Below, piece by piece: positions 12,370 through 26,000 of a stretch of DNA of 64,000 nt (the stretch's first letter is position 1; each line of letters starts with the position of its first letter). The position numbers were made by a program, and so were the translations under genes. Source of the stretch: Camelus dromedarius (lineage: Eukaryota); NCBI RefSeq assembly GCF_036321535.1, contig NC_087437.1:30940001-31004000 (forward strand), written 5' to 3'. A model generated the notes under the pieces. That model was given only the letters and a program-made list of their open reading frames with translations. It did not search any database and was not told the DNA's origin.

Positions 12370-13295
12370 TCACAGGATTATTATTTTTCCTGCTGTCTTA
12401 CTTTTGAATTAATCTATTTTGCAATATGAATTGACCTTTGACCCGTGCATAATTTTGTAATGTCACGCATTAGTCACTTGGAAAATATTGGCTTGCCGTT
12501 ATACAGGTCTTCTGAATGTGGCGCATTTCCATATACAATAAAAGGAAATCATAGTTGTTAATGTCACCACCAATCTCATCAGAAAAGCCCTTGAGGACTG
12601 GGAAACTAACTGTCCAGTTTGTGGTGGCGATCATAAGTTTCCAAAAATTCTAATGTCATCTTTAAAACTTGAATTTTATTATTAGCAACAAATGCTGTCA
12701 ATTGTTTTCCTTGAGGTGACAGGCTCACTTTGTTCATTTCTGAGAAAATGTCTACCAGACTCAAATCTGAATAACCTAGTTTATCTGTCAGCTATTTTTC
12801 AAGTAAAAGTGGTGTTCCATGCGAAAAACAGTTCAGCTTGCAAATCAAACAGTTGTGCAAGTACTTTCCTCGAGACAGCTACCAGACATGGGTATGAGGC
12901 AGAAGGGCTCTGTGTGTACTCCCCATTTCATGCCACAGAGTGTGTAAGAGACATGTGCTCAAGTCGGCTATAATAAAATGTAATTGCTTTTACTGCTTCA
13001 TCAAGGACATTAATAAGTGCCCTGGCTCCTCCCCACCAGGCCCTAGACCCTGCACGTACGTGGAGGTGAAGAATGCAATACCACCAGCATAGTTTGGTGC
13101 CACTGTCCTGATTCATGCTGAAGAGCCTGCATTTTACCTACTATTGCTTTTGCATCATCAGTGCAAGTGTTAACATCCTTTAAAAATGCAAATAATTTTT
13201 TAGTGTTATTGTGAAAGCAGTTTTGACCTTGTGAAATTCTTGAAAGGGTCTTGGTCTTCCCAGGGATCTGCAAACCACATTTTAAGAACTATTCT
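12370..13295. mobile_element. hAT-Charlie DNA transposon fragment (Charlie1-like)
   Basis: aaaagtggtgttccatg...gttcagcttgcaaatcaaacagttgtgcaagt and terminal gaaagggtctt...gggatctgcaaaccacattttaagaac resemble Charlie1. Confidence 0.7.
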
Positions 13296-14844
13296 TCTAG
13301 TGGAAAAAGCAAAAACCAGAGTAAGCATCTATCAGATACTCAACTCAGTAACACACATGTGATGAGCTACAGTGCTGTATAAAGTAGATATATTAAAATC
13401 TTCTGAACACACAAAACAGGAGTCTACAAAATCACTTTATATCCATGCAAATGTGATCAATTGAAATAAAATGTTTAAAGGAAAAATCAGAACTTCTGAA
13501 GCCTTAGCAGTAGATCGTAATACCCTCAGCAATCAAAATTCAGATTACAGATAGCACATAACATGTCTTATATAGGACTTGCTTTAGAGGTAAGACATAA
13601 GGCTCTTAAGGAGTCGTATACTGAAGGACCAAGGAGCTGCCCTACTTCACAAGGCTATTTCAGAATTCAACTTCAGCCTGAATTTTCCAGTCAGAAGTCA
13701 GTTTAGTATTTAAAAATTTTAAAAATTATTTAATATTTAATTTATATATAAATATATACAACAAAGTTATAAGGCATAATAATAAAATGAGCACTGGCAA
13801 GTTCACAACCCAGTTTAAGAGCTTTGCCAGTGCTATTTAACCTGTCAGTGTTCTCTAGCCTATCCCTCTGCCTTTCCCACCATAGGTAGACATTATCCTA
13901 CATTTTAGATTTATTATTCCCTTGCTTTTTAAAAAAAATATTTTTGTCACATACACATCACTAAATCATTTATTTTAGTGCTTTATAAAATGGTTTTTAT
14001 ACTGCATGTAGTCTTTTAAAACATGTTTTTTTTTCAGTCAACTTTGTTTCTAAGATTCATTCATGTTGCTTGTGGCTGTGAGCCATTGATTTTCATTGCT
14101 ATATAGTATTGCATTGTAGGAATACCCCACAATTTACTTATCCATTCTCTTGTCAGTGGTCCTTTGAGTGTTCCAAGTTTTTTGCTATCATGAACAATGC
14201 TAGTATAAAAATAGTTATACATGTCTCCTGCTACATATGTATAAGACTTTCTTTTGGGTATGTAACTAGGGGTGGGATTGCTGAGTTGTAAGATACACAT
14301 ATACTTAACCTTTACAAGATTATGTCAAATTATCTTTTAAAGTTTCTGTACCAGTTTATAGTTCCAGATAGTCTATAGGGGTGTGTGTATGTGTGAAAAA
14401 AAAAAAAAAAACTCCACTCATCTACTCCTTCCCAATACTTGCTATTGTCAGACAAAGCAGTGGGTATACCATGGTGTCTTATTTACTTTCTGTTACCTTG
14501 AGAAGATTGAACATCTTTCTGTATTTATATTCACCACTCTTGCTTCATCTTCCTTGAAACACTTGTTGCTTTCTTTTGTACATTTTTCTATTGTATCCTT
14601 TTTCATTGATTTCTAGTCCTTTTATTCTTGGTATTGATTTTTTGTTCGATATATGTGTTGCTAATATCTTCTCCCAGTTTGTGGCTTGTCTTTTCCGTTT
14701 CAAAGTTATCAATATTCTGTTTTATGGATAGCACTCTTTTGTATTGCTTACATCCCTATCCTGAAGTCATAGAGTGTTCTCCTGTTAATCTGTCTGGCTG
14801 AGGCCTGCAATACAGAGTTGAACTGAAACAATTATTGAGAATGT

Positions 14845-15707
14845 CATTAGTCTGCTGGGGCTGCATAACAAAACACCACACACTGGGTGGCTTAAGCAAC
14901 ATAAATTAATTTTCTTATAGGTCTGGAAGCTGGGAGTCTCAGGCAGAGATGCCAGGAGGTTTTCTGGTGAGACTCTCTTCCTGGCTTTCAGATGGCCATT
15001 TTTACGCTGTGTCCTCACATGGCTTCTTCTCTGTGCACATCAAGGGAGAGTGAGCTCTTCCTCTTTTTTTAATTTAATTAATTTTTTTTATTGAACTATA
15101 GTCAGTTTACAATGTTGTGTCAATTTTTGGTGTACAGCATCATGTTTCAGTCATACACGTACATACATATATTCCTTTTCATCTTCTTTTTCATTGTAAG
15201 TGCTATACAGTAAAAACTTGTTGTTTATCTATTTTATATATAGTAGTTAGTATCTGCAAATCTCAAACTCCCAATTTATCCCTTCCCACCCTTTTCCCCC
15301 GGTAACTATAAGTTTGTTTTCTATGTCTGTGAGTCTGTTTCTGCTTTGTAAATAAATTCATTTGTGTCTGTTTTTTTAAAAATTCCACATATGAGTGACA
15401 TCGTGTGATTTTTTTTTTCTGTTTCCGGCTTACTTAACTTAAAATGACGATCTCCAGATCCATCCGTGTTGCTGCAAATGGCATTATTTTATTTTTAATG
15501 GCCGAATAGTATTCCATTGTATAAATATACCACAACTTTCTTCCTCTTTTTATAAGAACATTGGTTCTGTTGGATTAGGGCCCTAACCTTATTACATCAC
15601 CTAACTTTTTTTTACATCCTTATAGGTCTTATCTCCATATACAGTCACATTATGAGTTAGGGCTTTGACATATGAATTTTGGGGGGACACAGTTCAGTTT
15701 ATAGCAG
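14845..15707 (-). mobile_element. MaLR solo LTR (MLT1A-like) split by an L1 insertion
   Basis: 5' half gggctgcataacaaaacaccacacactgggtggcttaa (14857-15060); 3' half ggattagggccc...ggggggacacagttcagtttatagca (15540-15707). Confidence 0.85.
15065..15538 (-). mobile_element. Younger L1 3' end inserted into the MLT1
   Basis: ttttattgaactatagtcagtttacaatg...tattccattgtataaatataccaca; TCTTCCTCTTTTT on both sides (TSD). Confidence 0.88.
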
Positions 15708-16026
15708 AGGGTGTCTTTATCTTTTTCTTGTCTTTAAAGGGAATACTTTTATCATTTAGAATTATGTTTGCTCTTGGTTTTTGTTAGATGTATTTTATCA
15801 AAGTAAGCAAGTTTCTTTTTATTCCTAGTTTGGTAAGAGGGTTTTTGTTGTTGTTAAATTCTGATTGCATATTGGATTTTATCAAATGCTTTTTATGCCT
15901 CTATTGAAATGATTATATGTATGTTTTTTCTCTGTTAATCCATTAACATGATAGACACATACATAGATTTTACAGAGTTTAACTGTCCTTGCAATTCTGG
16001 TATTAACCCAACTTGATCAAGATGTA

Positions 16027-16248
16027 CAGTTGACCCTTGAACAATATGGGTTTGAACTGCACAGATCCACCTACACATGGATTTTTTTCAATAAATACCT
16101 ACTACAGTACTAGATGATCTAAGGTTGGTTGAATCCATGGATGTGTAATGGTAGATACAAAGGGCTGACTATAAAGTTACAAGCAGATTTTAAATATCTG
16201 GGATTGGGGGGTGATGCCCCAACCCCCAAGTTGTTCGAAGGTCAACTA
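16027..16248. mobile_element. TcMar-Tigger MITE (Tigger2/MER8-like)
   Basis: TIRs cagttgacccttgaacaa and ttgttcgaaggtcaacta, flanked by TA on both sides. Confidence 0.85.
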
Positions 16249-17369
16249 TACTATAATTTTTATGGGTGTGTTGTGTTAATGCTTTGTTTAAGATATTTGC
16301 ATTTATATTCATGAGTGGCTTTGTGTTCATGAGTGGGTAATATTCCTTTCCCATATTCTACTTGTCTGATTTGATCTTGAGTTTATACTAACTTCATAGA
16401 ATGAATTGGGGAAGTATATCCTCTTTTTCTGTTCTCTGGAAAAGGCATTGTAGTATAGTGGTAAAGGACACGATTCCTAAGGTGCCAGACTGTGTTGAGT
16501 CACATAGTTGTAATTCCCAGGTACTGTGAGAATAATGCGGTGATGAGGCCAGTGGGTCTATAATGCCCAAACTCAAATTCCTTCTCAGAAATCCCCAAAT
16601 GATAAAGTCTATTAAGTTAAAAGCTAGAAAAAATAATATGCTTATAATCCTTAAAAAAAAAAAAAACAGGTGTTACTTACTGTTGAATGATGCTGCTGGC
16701 TATGATCCAAAGTTCTAAATTTTCTCAATGTTTCCACTTGAATCATAAATTTAGAATATTATAAACCTTAGAAATGTCAGTGTCAAAGTGTAGGCGTGAT
16801 TCAGTATCCTTATAAAATAACTATGGAATGTTGAAATACTGATTGTAACAACTGGATGCCCAGAAGATATGTTTTCTGTCTAGGAAGTCAGATGGGATAT
16901 AAAGAAGAATTTTCAAAGATGGACATAAAATCCATAAAATCTATGAATTTCCTTTGTGTGTGCTCTGTATTCCTCTAAATGTCTACAAGAAGCTAAACCT
17001 TTGTTTGTTGGCAAGATTGTCTCCAGAGCTTCAGGACCAAACAGATGTTGGGGAGAGTATTGTAAGGTACTTTACTGGTGTTTCAGTGGTTCATTTTCAC
17101 TATGCCACTGGCTCCTCTACCATAGAGGGTGACAAATGCAATAGCAAGCAGAACCTTACTTTTCTACTGGCAGAAATGGTTGTTGGACTATTCAGAGCTG
17201 TGTTGGCTGTGTGTTTTTTTTTTCCCCATATTCTTCCATCTCATAATTTTGAATGATGTTCAAAGGGAAACTGCCCTATAGAGATGACGTTTTGAAACTC
17301 AAGGATTCCAAGTGGAGAGATTTCTATTTTTTTTAATTTCTATTTTTATATTTAAAGCCCCTAGTAATA

Positions 17370-18460
17370 GAACTCTTGCCATATCTTCAAGCACAGAGAT
17401 TCTTTCCTCAGCCATGTTCAGTCTACTAATAAGCCCATGGGAGGCATCCTTCATTCCGTTACAGTGTTTTTGATCTGTGGCGTTTCTTTTCCATTCTTTC
17501 TTAGAACTTCCATCTCTCTGCTTACTTTACCCATCTATTCTTGCATGTTGTCTACTTTTTTCACTAGACCTCTCAGCATATTAATCACAGATATTTCAAG
17601 TTCATGATTGGGTAATTCCAGCATCCCTGCCATATCTGAGTCTGGTTCTGATGCTTGTTCTGCCTCTTCAAACTGTGTTTTTTTCCTTTTGGTATGACTT
17701 GTAATTTTGCTGAAAGTCAGACATGATGTACTGAGTGAAAGGAACTCTAACAAAGATGCCTTTCGTGATGTGGTGATAAGGTGTGGGGTAAGAGCAATGT
17801 TCCCTATTCCTGTCAGTAGGTTTCAGTGTTTTAGTGAGCCTGTGGCCCAGGGCTCTGAACTTCACAAGTGCTTCTTGTCCCACCCCCAACTCCCCACTCC
17901 CTTAGGTGGGATGAGATGGCTGGTGTGAGCTAGACTTGGCTATTTCCCTTCCCCCAGGCCAGTTAGGCTCTGATTAAACGCCAGTAGATTAGGCTCTGGT
18001 AAAACATTGTCTCGCGGGCTGGCTTTGTTAAAAAGAATAGAATCTCTGCTATATTTCAAGATGGTTCAGTTGCTCTTCCCTTTGCTGGAAGAGGATTTTC
18101 CTCTGATACTCACTGTGAGAACCTAGTTCAGCTTCAAGAGGTAAAACTCACAAAAGTGTGGAGACTCCCTCTCTGCCCCCCCGGAGCTTTAGCTCTCAGA
18201 GTTGTCCACACTGAGCCTGAAGCAATTCATCAGTTACAGTTCTGGTTATTCCTACCCTGGAGCTGTTTCCTGCGGAGGTGTCTGCCCGCCTGGTTCTGCT
18301 CTTGTAAGTTGTGGTTCTATGTATCTGCCTGTCTATCTCTGCAATTTGAGAAGTAGCAATTTGCCCTGTGACCTCTCTTTTCTGGTGGATCTAAGAAGAA
18401 TAGTTAGTTTCTCCATTTGTTCAGCTTTTTACTTGTTGGCAGAGACTTTTAAGTACTTTT
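17370..18460 (-). mobile_element. Old L1 5' region / ORF1 fragment
   Basis: ORF 17535..17753 KITSHTKRKKTQFEEAEQASEPDSDMAGMLELPNHELEISVINMLRGLVKKVDNMQE resembles the L1M ORF1p N-terminal region. Confidence 0.8.
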
Positions 18461-18779
18461 AAGACTGTAAAGTAGAAGTTGGTATGTCAAAGAAGTCTTT
18501 AAAATTAAAAACTTTAACTTATTCCTAAATTCTCAAAGTACTTTTCAGGGACATTAAGTAGTGTGCTTAGTAGTCTGGGGAAAAGAGTACTTGGTGTTAG
18601 GAGGCAGATGTAGCATAAAAGTAATTGTGTTTATTAAAAGGTAATTTCAAAACAAAACAAAATCACTGTTTTTAGGGGAATTAGTGAGGGAACATGAAGC
18701 ACTTTGGATAGTTTGGAAGAAAAATGTCTTAAATGCAAAGTATCATGAATTGGTTTTTGTACATTTTATCTGTCACCTT

Positions 18780-19170
18780 ACACTATGTTATGCTGTGGCA
18801 ACAAACAGCCCCCAGATCTCCGTAGCTTGTGACAACAAAGGTCTCTTTTTCACTCATGCTGCATTTCCACTGCAGTTCAGCGGAAGCTTTGCTGCTCCAT
18901 GTCATCTTTATTTTATAACCCAGGTTGGAGGAATGGGCTCTCTCTGCAACATGCCAGTCAAAGGAAAAGAGAAGATGTTGTTCAAGAGGCACACAGAATC
19001 TCGGTTCACATTTCTTTGCCAAAGCAAGTCATGTGGCTACTCCTGAGTTCAATAAGGTAGGCTCCATAAAAGGGGAAAAGTCACGTATGATGTCAGTATG
19101 GTGGAAGATAGGTGAAATTTTCCTACAGAAAGGATGTCAGATATTTTGAGTATTAATACAATTTATCATA
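18780..19170 (-). mobile_element. Old MaLR LTR (MLT1J/K-like)
   Basis: tatgctgtggcaacaaacagcccccagatctccgtagcttg...gccaaagcaagtcatgtggctactcctgagttcaa. Confidence 0.7.
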
Positions 19171-19888
19171 TAGTTCCTACCAAATTCTTTTCTAGTTTAT
19201 TTTGAGTTGGCCAACTAGAATTCTCTTACCTAAGTTGTTCTAGGACTGTGCTTACTACTGTGCAAAGTTTATATTGGCCTCCTTCATACCTACTTTGCAG
19301 GTGAGTTTTTTTTTTGGTTTTTTTTTTTTTTTTTTTGGTAACATTCTCTTGCTAGAGGATGAGGAGACAAAGGAATCCTCAGTTAAATGCTTCTGTGAGG
19401 GGCTTTTGGGTGTTGGGTGGGAGTGAAGGCTCAGCACTTGCTCTCATTTACAAAACAGCACTCTGCAGCCAGTCCTTGACGTAAGCATACATTCCTGGAA
19501 TCTGCATTGTGAGACATAATGGAAAAATGATTCCTCTTTTATGCCACATCAGAGTTTGGATCTTGAGAAGCATGTGGCTACCCCTATTGCCGTCAGGTTG
19601 CATTCGTGTAATGATGAAGAAATACGTCGACTGAATGATGGTCAGTTACTTCATCTGTACAGAGATGGGGATAAAATTAATAAGTGGGAAGAATTAGGAA
19701 CAGGTTAGGGTTAGGTAAGCTGTATGAAATAAATGGGTAGAGAAAATGCAAAGCAGTAAAAGCCAAAACTGTTCTGGCAATAACTAGAGTACAAAGCTTC
19801 AAAAGTCAGGTCAAAATATTAAAGAGAAATTCTGTGACTTAAAGGTCACAGGCTGGCAGCTCACAAGGATGCGTCTGGGCCCTTTACA

Positions 19889-19892
<4 letters not shown>

Positions 19893-19923
<31 letters not shown>
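19893..19923. repeat. (TG)15 microsatellite
   Basis: Perfect dinucleotide run. Confidence 0.97.
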
Positions 19924-19929
<6 letters not shown>

Positions 19930-20129
19930 GGATACTATGTTTTAAATATCAAGAGATTTTACATAGAAAGAATACAGGTTTCTGGTTTCTTGTGAAAAAT
20001 GAAATATTTTCAATTTTTGCTGACATTCCTGGATTTGATAACGTTGGCTGGAGCTGCATTGCTGTCATCCCCTTGGGCAGTAGCATGAATCTCCCGTTCT
20101 CTGCATGGAATCTAGGGGGATTAAAGACC

Positions 20130-21190
20130 TTAATATGAAAAATAAAACTTTAAAAAATAGAGTGTATGGAAGAAAACACAGGAGAATGTTTTTGTCATAC
20201 TATCTGAGGACAGATTTCTTAAAATGACTCCAGATCTTCTACCATATCCATTAAAAATTATTTTTTATCAAAAGTAAGGATTCTTATTCAACAGTGATCA
20301 TCAGACAAGCAACCTATAGGAAAGCAGTTTGGATAAGCTAATTTAAATGTATGAAACAAACAAAGAATTAATATTTAGAATATTCAAGGAATTCTTGAGC
20401 ATAATTTTAACTTATAGCAAGGAAAGTCAGAAAACACACTGATAAGTAATTAATAGAAAGGAAAAATTGTGTAACTATGAAATAGCTTAAGTGAATATAA
20501 TCAGAAAAATGCAATTTAGACTAACATGACTCCATTTCCCAGCAATATAGTTGACAAAATTAGGAAGTCAGATATCATCAAATACTGACCAAATTTGTGG
20601 GGATGTGAGAATCTTCCTGTGTTGCTAGTGGAAGTATAAACAGCTATTCCAGTAAGCAAGCTTGGCAATGCAGAGTGAAATTAAGAATATGTATGTCCTG
20701 TTCCTAGAAATTCCACGCCCAGAGAAATGTTAACATCCAGAGAACCACTTGCATAGTTTTGCAAAAAGATATCCTCAGAAAGACTTCTGAGAATGTTTGT
20801 GGCAGTATTACTTGTTCTAACAAATAAAGGTCAGAAATAGCATAGATGTCTATCTCTAGGGGAATGTCTAAGTAAAATGTGGTATATGCATTTAATGAAA
20901 TACTATGCAGCAGGCAGAAGCTTAATAAATAAGATTTACATATCATTATATGTATACATATATCTCAATAAATACGTATGAAAGATTGTTTGAAAGAACA
21001 AACTTTAAATATACTAGAGTTGGTGTCAATACCTGAGAAGAGATTGGGACTTGGAATGGGGAATAAAGAGAATTAAAAAAAACCAATTGAAATAGAATAT
21101 GATAGCCTTGCAGGTGCCACCGAGACAGCACACTATGAACTGAAGAGTATGATCCATTCACCTGTAAACCTAAAGTTATAAAAGTCATTG
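20130..21190 (+). mobile_element. Highly diverged L1ME-like fragment
   Basis: gaagaaaacacaggagaatgt...tgttgctagtggaagtataaac...taaaatgtggtatatgcatttaatgaaatactatgcagc. Confidence 0.65.
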
Positions 21191-24100
21191 ACCAGAAGGA
21201 GTTACTGTTCCTTTACATTTTGTTCAAAGATAACTCTTTTAATTTTTTTTTTTTTAATTTGTAAAGATGGAATAAATTCCAGAGTTTGGCCTGATTTGAG
21301 CAGCTCCAATGCAAAACACTAATATAGCGGTTGCAATTTCCTGTCATCCAGGCACACATTTGTGATCCTCCTATTTTGTTGTTTTCTGTGTGTTCTTTTA
21401 TCTCCACTCAATAAACTCCTCCTGTGCATAACTGCCAGGTGATCTACGCCACCTTGGCCTAAGCAATGTTTTTTCCTAGAAACCAGAAGGGAAATTCCTG
21501 CGAATTAAGCTACTTTAGTGCTGCTGAATTTGAAGTGGCAGATGGTGGTTGGATTTTACAAGTCCCCTTCGCCCTCTGCCTTCATTTTCTGCCTGCTTTT
21601 ACATTAATCCTCTCCGTGCCGATCTGGCTAAGTGTGTGAAGCACCTCCAAGGAACTGTGTTAATGATAAGCCCAAATCTAGGTCTCTAAAGAGTCATACT
21701 GCCTTTCATCTGTGGAGTCTGGGAAGTCCCTTCTGGCCTTTGCCAAATTAAAGTTTTGCAGCAACTCTGATATTTAGAGAGAACAAGCAGGCAGGACGGA
21801 AATGGAGGGGACGCCTGTCTTCGCAGCAGGGGTCCTCCTAGCAGGCTGGATTTATTGGATTTTTCACTTTCCTTCATTCACCATTTGGATTTCCAAATAC
21901 TTTTTACTAGTTCAGTCTTTGAGGTTGAGAAATTCAGCCAAATTGTACTGCATTCTTAGTCCCCTGGGGCCCAAGAACAACTGCTGAATTCTTCCAACTT
22001 GGCTGCATAGCAACCTCTGCTTAGGTCTCCTGTACCCACCTCCCCAGCCAAAGGGACATCACATTTGCCGTGCTGGGATTTTGTAAAAAACAAAACAAAA
22101 AAACTGAATCAGTATACTTTACATCTCAGTTTTTTTCAGAATATTACGCTTCAAGTTAATGTTTCTAACTTAGGAGTAACTGAAATGATTCTACAGTGCT
22201 TATTAGAGCAAGATTCTCCCTTAGTTTTGAGTCCTTCATTCATTCAGTAAGTAGTTCCTGAGCATTTGTGTCAAGTATGTGGCTCTAACCTTTACCAGGT
22301 AATGGTTGGCTTGTCCTCTTCCTTTGGTGGTGAGCTCTTGGGTTGTGTTTTATGAACTGTTCTAATCGTACTTCTGTGAGATGAATAAACCCTGGAAATG
22401 AAGTTTCCAATCTATTGTCAATTTGCTACATGGCTTTTCAAATTGTTACATAGGGAGTTGATGTCTTTGGAAACGGAAGGAAGAAATGGGGTGCTTTATT
22501 ACTCTTAAATTCTCCCTCAGCAGTAATCTTTACTGTTAGATTTTAGTAAACATCAGCTACTTTTCACACCGTGCTGGAGTGAGGCATGGGGTGGTGTGGT
22601 ATGGAAGGGTGTAGTGTTTGATAGTCTAGTATATCACAGTACAGTATAGTAGTGGACCTCAGATTCACATAGTATCTCAAGCATCACCTTAGCTATTATG
22701 TTGCCTCGTGATCTTGGGTAAGTGTCTTAAATTTCTGTGCCTAACTTTACTTAAAATTTATAGGAATGTTTGTGTTTGGAGTTACTAAAAAAAATTGGGT
22801 GAGGAACTGTAGGCACTCAGTACAGTAGGAGCTCGTTAACTGTCCCCTTCGGCTGCCTAAGAGGAACATCAAAGTAGAGAGCCCAGGTGAAGTCCTCAGG
22901 AACTAAGAGTCTAGTTAGGAAGATGAGACATCGACTCTGTGAAGTCACCAGGCACAGTGCCTCTGAGAAGAAACCTAAATAGCATGAGCTAGCTAACTCT
23001 GTCCCCTCCTTACCACCCATTCTGGCTGTGAAAGATGGACTTTTCTCATAAAAATGTGTATACACTTGATGTTTGTAATTGATGTCCAGAAGGTTTTCTA
23101 TAAACAACCCTTCTTCTTGGGGGAAGCGAAGCACTTGAATTTTAAATTAGGCTCTAACACACTCAGACTCACACACCCACATGAACATTATAGTGACTTA
23201 GGGTTCCATCAGAACTTTCACCTGGTGACAGCTCATAGAACATGTTATTTCTAGTGTTTGCAAATAATTATCTAAATAAGAATCTGTTTGAAGGGATTCT
23301 ATTTAATGTGTATACACTGAAAAGTAATTTCCTTTGCCATTTTCTGTATTAAAAGAATTGAAAACCTTCCTTACACTGACATGTCCTCATGCTATTTGTC
23401 ACACCACTCCAGGTGTGGTGACAGCAGATCATGGCAGCAGAGCTTGACTGTGTCATTTGAGAGTGCTGGGTCCATGTGGGTACAGTCTCTATCAGGGACC
23501 TCTTTTTGAAGTGGATATTTAAAATCCTCATTGGTCTATGCCAGCAGGTTCCATGAAGAAAGCAAGGGCCTTGAATCTAATGAGACTTAGGTTCTAATCC
23601 ATATTCCTTGGAAGGAGGTATTCAGAATTTGCTGGGGTGGTGGCAGTCACATTTGTGTAGGGGACATGGGACATTCTAGAATCGAGGATCGATACTTTCC
23701 CCTTCTTATGTTAACTGCTATTAAAATATCCCTGATGATTGGAATCATCCCAAGTGGTGAGCTGGATAAGATAGGCCACTCAGGATCTCCCCAAGGGGCA
23801 CTTATTAGGAAGGTGAACCCTAGCCCTGTGCCAGCGCCTCAATTATCTTGGTGGAGATGGTTCTGGACATAGTTTGTGTCTGAAGTTGAAACTTTAATTC
23901 TTATTCTTTGGTGGTGAACTTAGCAACACTTTGAAGGAACTCTTAATAACACACTGCATCTCTGCTGACTTTATATCTCACAAAGTTGCTGGAGTCACAC
24001 ACAGGGGCAGTGTAGCTGCAGGTTCTTCAGTGATCAGCTTCTGGGGCTGGTTGTGCTATTCTGAAACCACAAAGTGGTGCTTGTGAGCTTCCATTTCAGG

Positions 24101-24889
24101 AGTAGATTGTGGTGATGGGGTGGGTGTTGTGGAGGTGGGAGTGTGGAGGTTTGGGAATACTGTAACTCCAGGTGTGGTGACAGTTAGAGAAGGGGACTGA
24201 TGGATGCTTAAAGGTGTCAGGGATTGGAAACTCCTAATCACTCCTCCTCTTGAAGAAGCAACTTACTAATTAATAGCAGGGTTGGGACAAGGATACAGGT
24301 CTTGTTCTACCTCTGGTCCTGATTGTCTCTCCAGTCTGACCGTCCCTAATGAAATGATGTATGTATGGACCTGGAGGAAACAGGGCTAGCTTATTTGGCT
24401 AGCCTTTACCTTGACGTAGGAGTGCCCAGTGCTCAGGTATCAGTGACCACTATTCCTGAACCATGCACAACTCAGTTGGAATGCCCCTCCAGAAGCTCCT
24501 GCATCCCTCAATGTATTTTTTATTTTTGAAGGAGTAAATTGAAACTTCTGGCTCTTTCCCTGACTACTCTTCCTGTGTTAAAGTATTCTCAGGAGTGGAG
24601 AATTCAGAGCTCTACATGGTATTGTTTACAACTCCACGCATGAGCTTTTACAAGTATCAACCTCCATGGATATTGGGGACAAAAATACTTATTTTATTTA
24701 CTCTACATGTTTAATGCTAGATTAAAGAAGAAAAATGCATATGAAGTGCATTGCAACAAGACTATTAGAAATGGAAGAATACAAAGCATACAACAAGAAG
24801 CATTTTTAAGGGTTCCTAGAAGATCAGAATTAAATTTAATACTCCCTTAAAGTAAATAAATTTTCCCTATTAAAGACCATCAACAGAAT

Positions 24890-25598
24890 GTCAATTGGGG
24901 AAGCCACTATGGAAAACAGTGTGGAAGTTCCTTAAAAAACTAAAAATAGACTTATCATATGATCCAGCAATCCCATTCCTGGGCATATATCTGGAAAAGA
25001 CAAAAATTCTAATTGGAAAAGACACATGCACCCTAATATTCATAGCAGCACTATTTATAATAGCCAAGACATGGAAGCAACCTAAGTGTCCATCAACAGA
25101 TGACTGGATAAAGAAGATGTGGTGTGTATATACAATGGAATATCACTCAGCCATAAAAAATAATGAAATAATGCTATTTGTTAGCAGCATGGATAGACCT
25201 AGAGATTATCATACTAAGTGAAGTAAGTCAGAAAGAGAAAGACAAATACCATATGATGTTACTTATATATGAAACCTAAAATATACAAGTGAATTTATTT
25301 ACAAAACAAACAGACCTACAGACATACAAAACAAACTTAGAGTTACCAAAGAGAAAAGAGGGTTGGGGAGAGATAAATTTGGAGTTTGGGATTAACAGAT
25401 ACAAACTACTATGTATAAAATAAGCAACAAGATCCTACTGTGTAGCACAGGGAACTATATTCAGTATCCTGTAATAAACCGTGATGGAAAAGAATATGAA
25501 AAAGAAATATATATGACACTGATTCACTTTGCTATACACCAGAAACTAACACATTATAAATCAACTATACTTCAATAAAAAATTAAAAATTAAAAAAA
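24890..25598 (+). mobile_element. L1 3' end (ORF2 C-terminus + 3'UTR + polyA)
   Basis: ORF 24895..25221 [29 protein letters not shown]...[17 protein letters not shown] is the L1 ORF2p C-terminus; ends tcaactatacttcaataaaaaattaaaa. Confidence 0.95.
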
Positions 25599-25606
25599 CC
25601 ACCAAC

Positions 25607-26000
25607 AAAAGATTATCAGGAACACATTTATTGTAGTAAAAACAAATTAAGTTTATTGTTTCTTGCTGTAGCAAGACTGAAGCACTCCAAAGTATCCAGG
25701 AGGAACTGGGAGAAGCTTCTTACAGGATATGGGTGTGTGCTAGATGATTCAAGGTGCGCTGAGGCGGGTGGAGGCCATTCTGGACGGTAAAGGAGCAGCA
25801 GTCAGTCTTGCTAGGCAGAAGAGAGGGATGCTTCACCATTTTTGTGGTTGCTGAGTGGCCTTATTCTGTCTTGTTCTAAATATGGCCGTGGAGTGGCCTT
25901 GTTTAGACATCTGTTCTGTGAATGTGATTTATTTCCAACTGGGAACATCATGGCCTAGCTGCCAGCAGGGCTGTTTGCTCACCTGGTTTTAGGTATATTT
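25607..26000 (-). mobile_element. ERV1-type LTR fragment (MER34-like)
   Basis: Reverse complement cttgctacagcaagaaacaataaacttaatttg...tgtgttcctgataatctt resembles an LTR R/U5 end with polyA signal. Confidence 0.5.

Larger units (their letters stand above)
13720..16450 (-). mobile_element. Old L1M fragment interrupted by nested MLT1, a younger L1 and a Tigger MITE
   Basis: Antisense L1 3'UTR/ORF2 remnants (ORF 14061..14300 '...KKLGTLKGPLTREWISKLWGIPTMQYYIAMK'; gaatgaattggggaagtatatcctc at ~16400). Confidence 0.75.

Noticed and set aside
19703..19715. GGTTAGGGTTAGG telomere-like motif
   Set aside because: Only about two units; too short to call an interstitial telomeric repeat.
24895..25221. 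108-aa ORF with clear protein-like content
   Set aside because: It is the L1 ORF2p C-terminus of a truncated retrotransposon, not a host gene.
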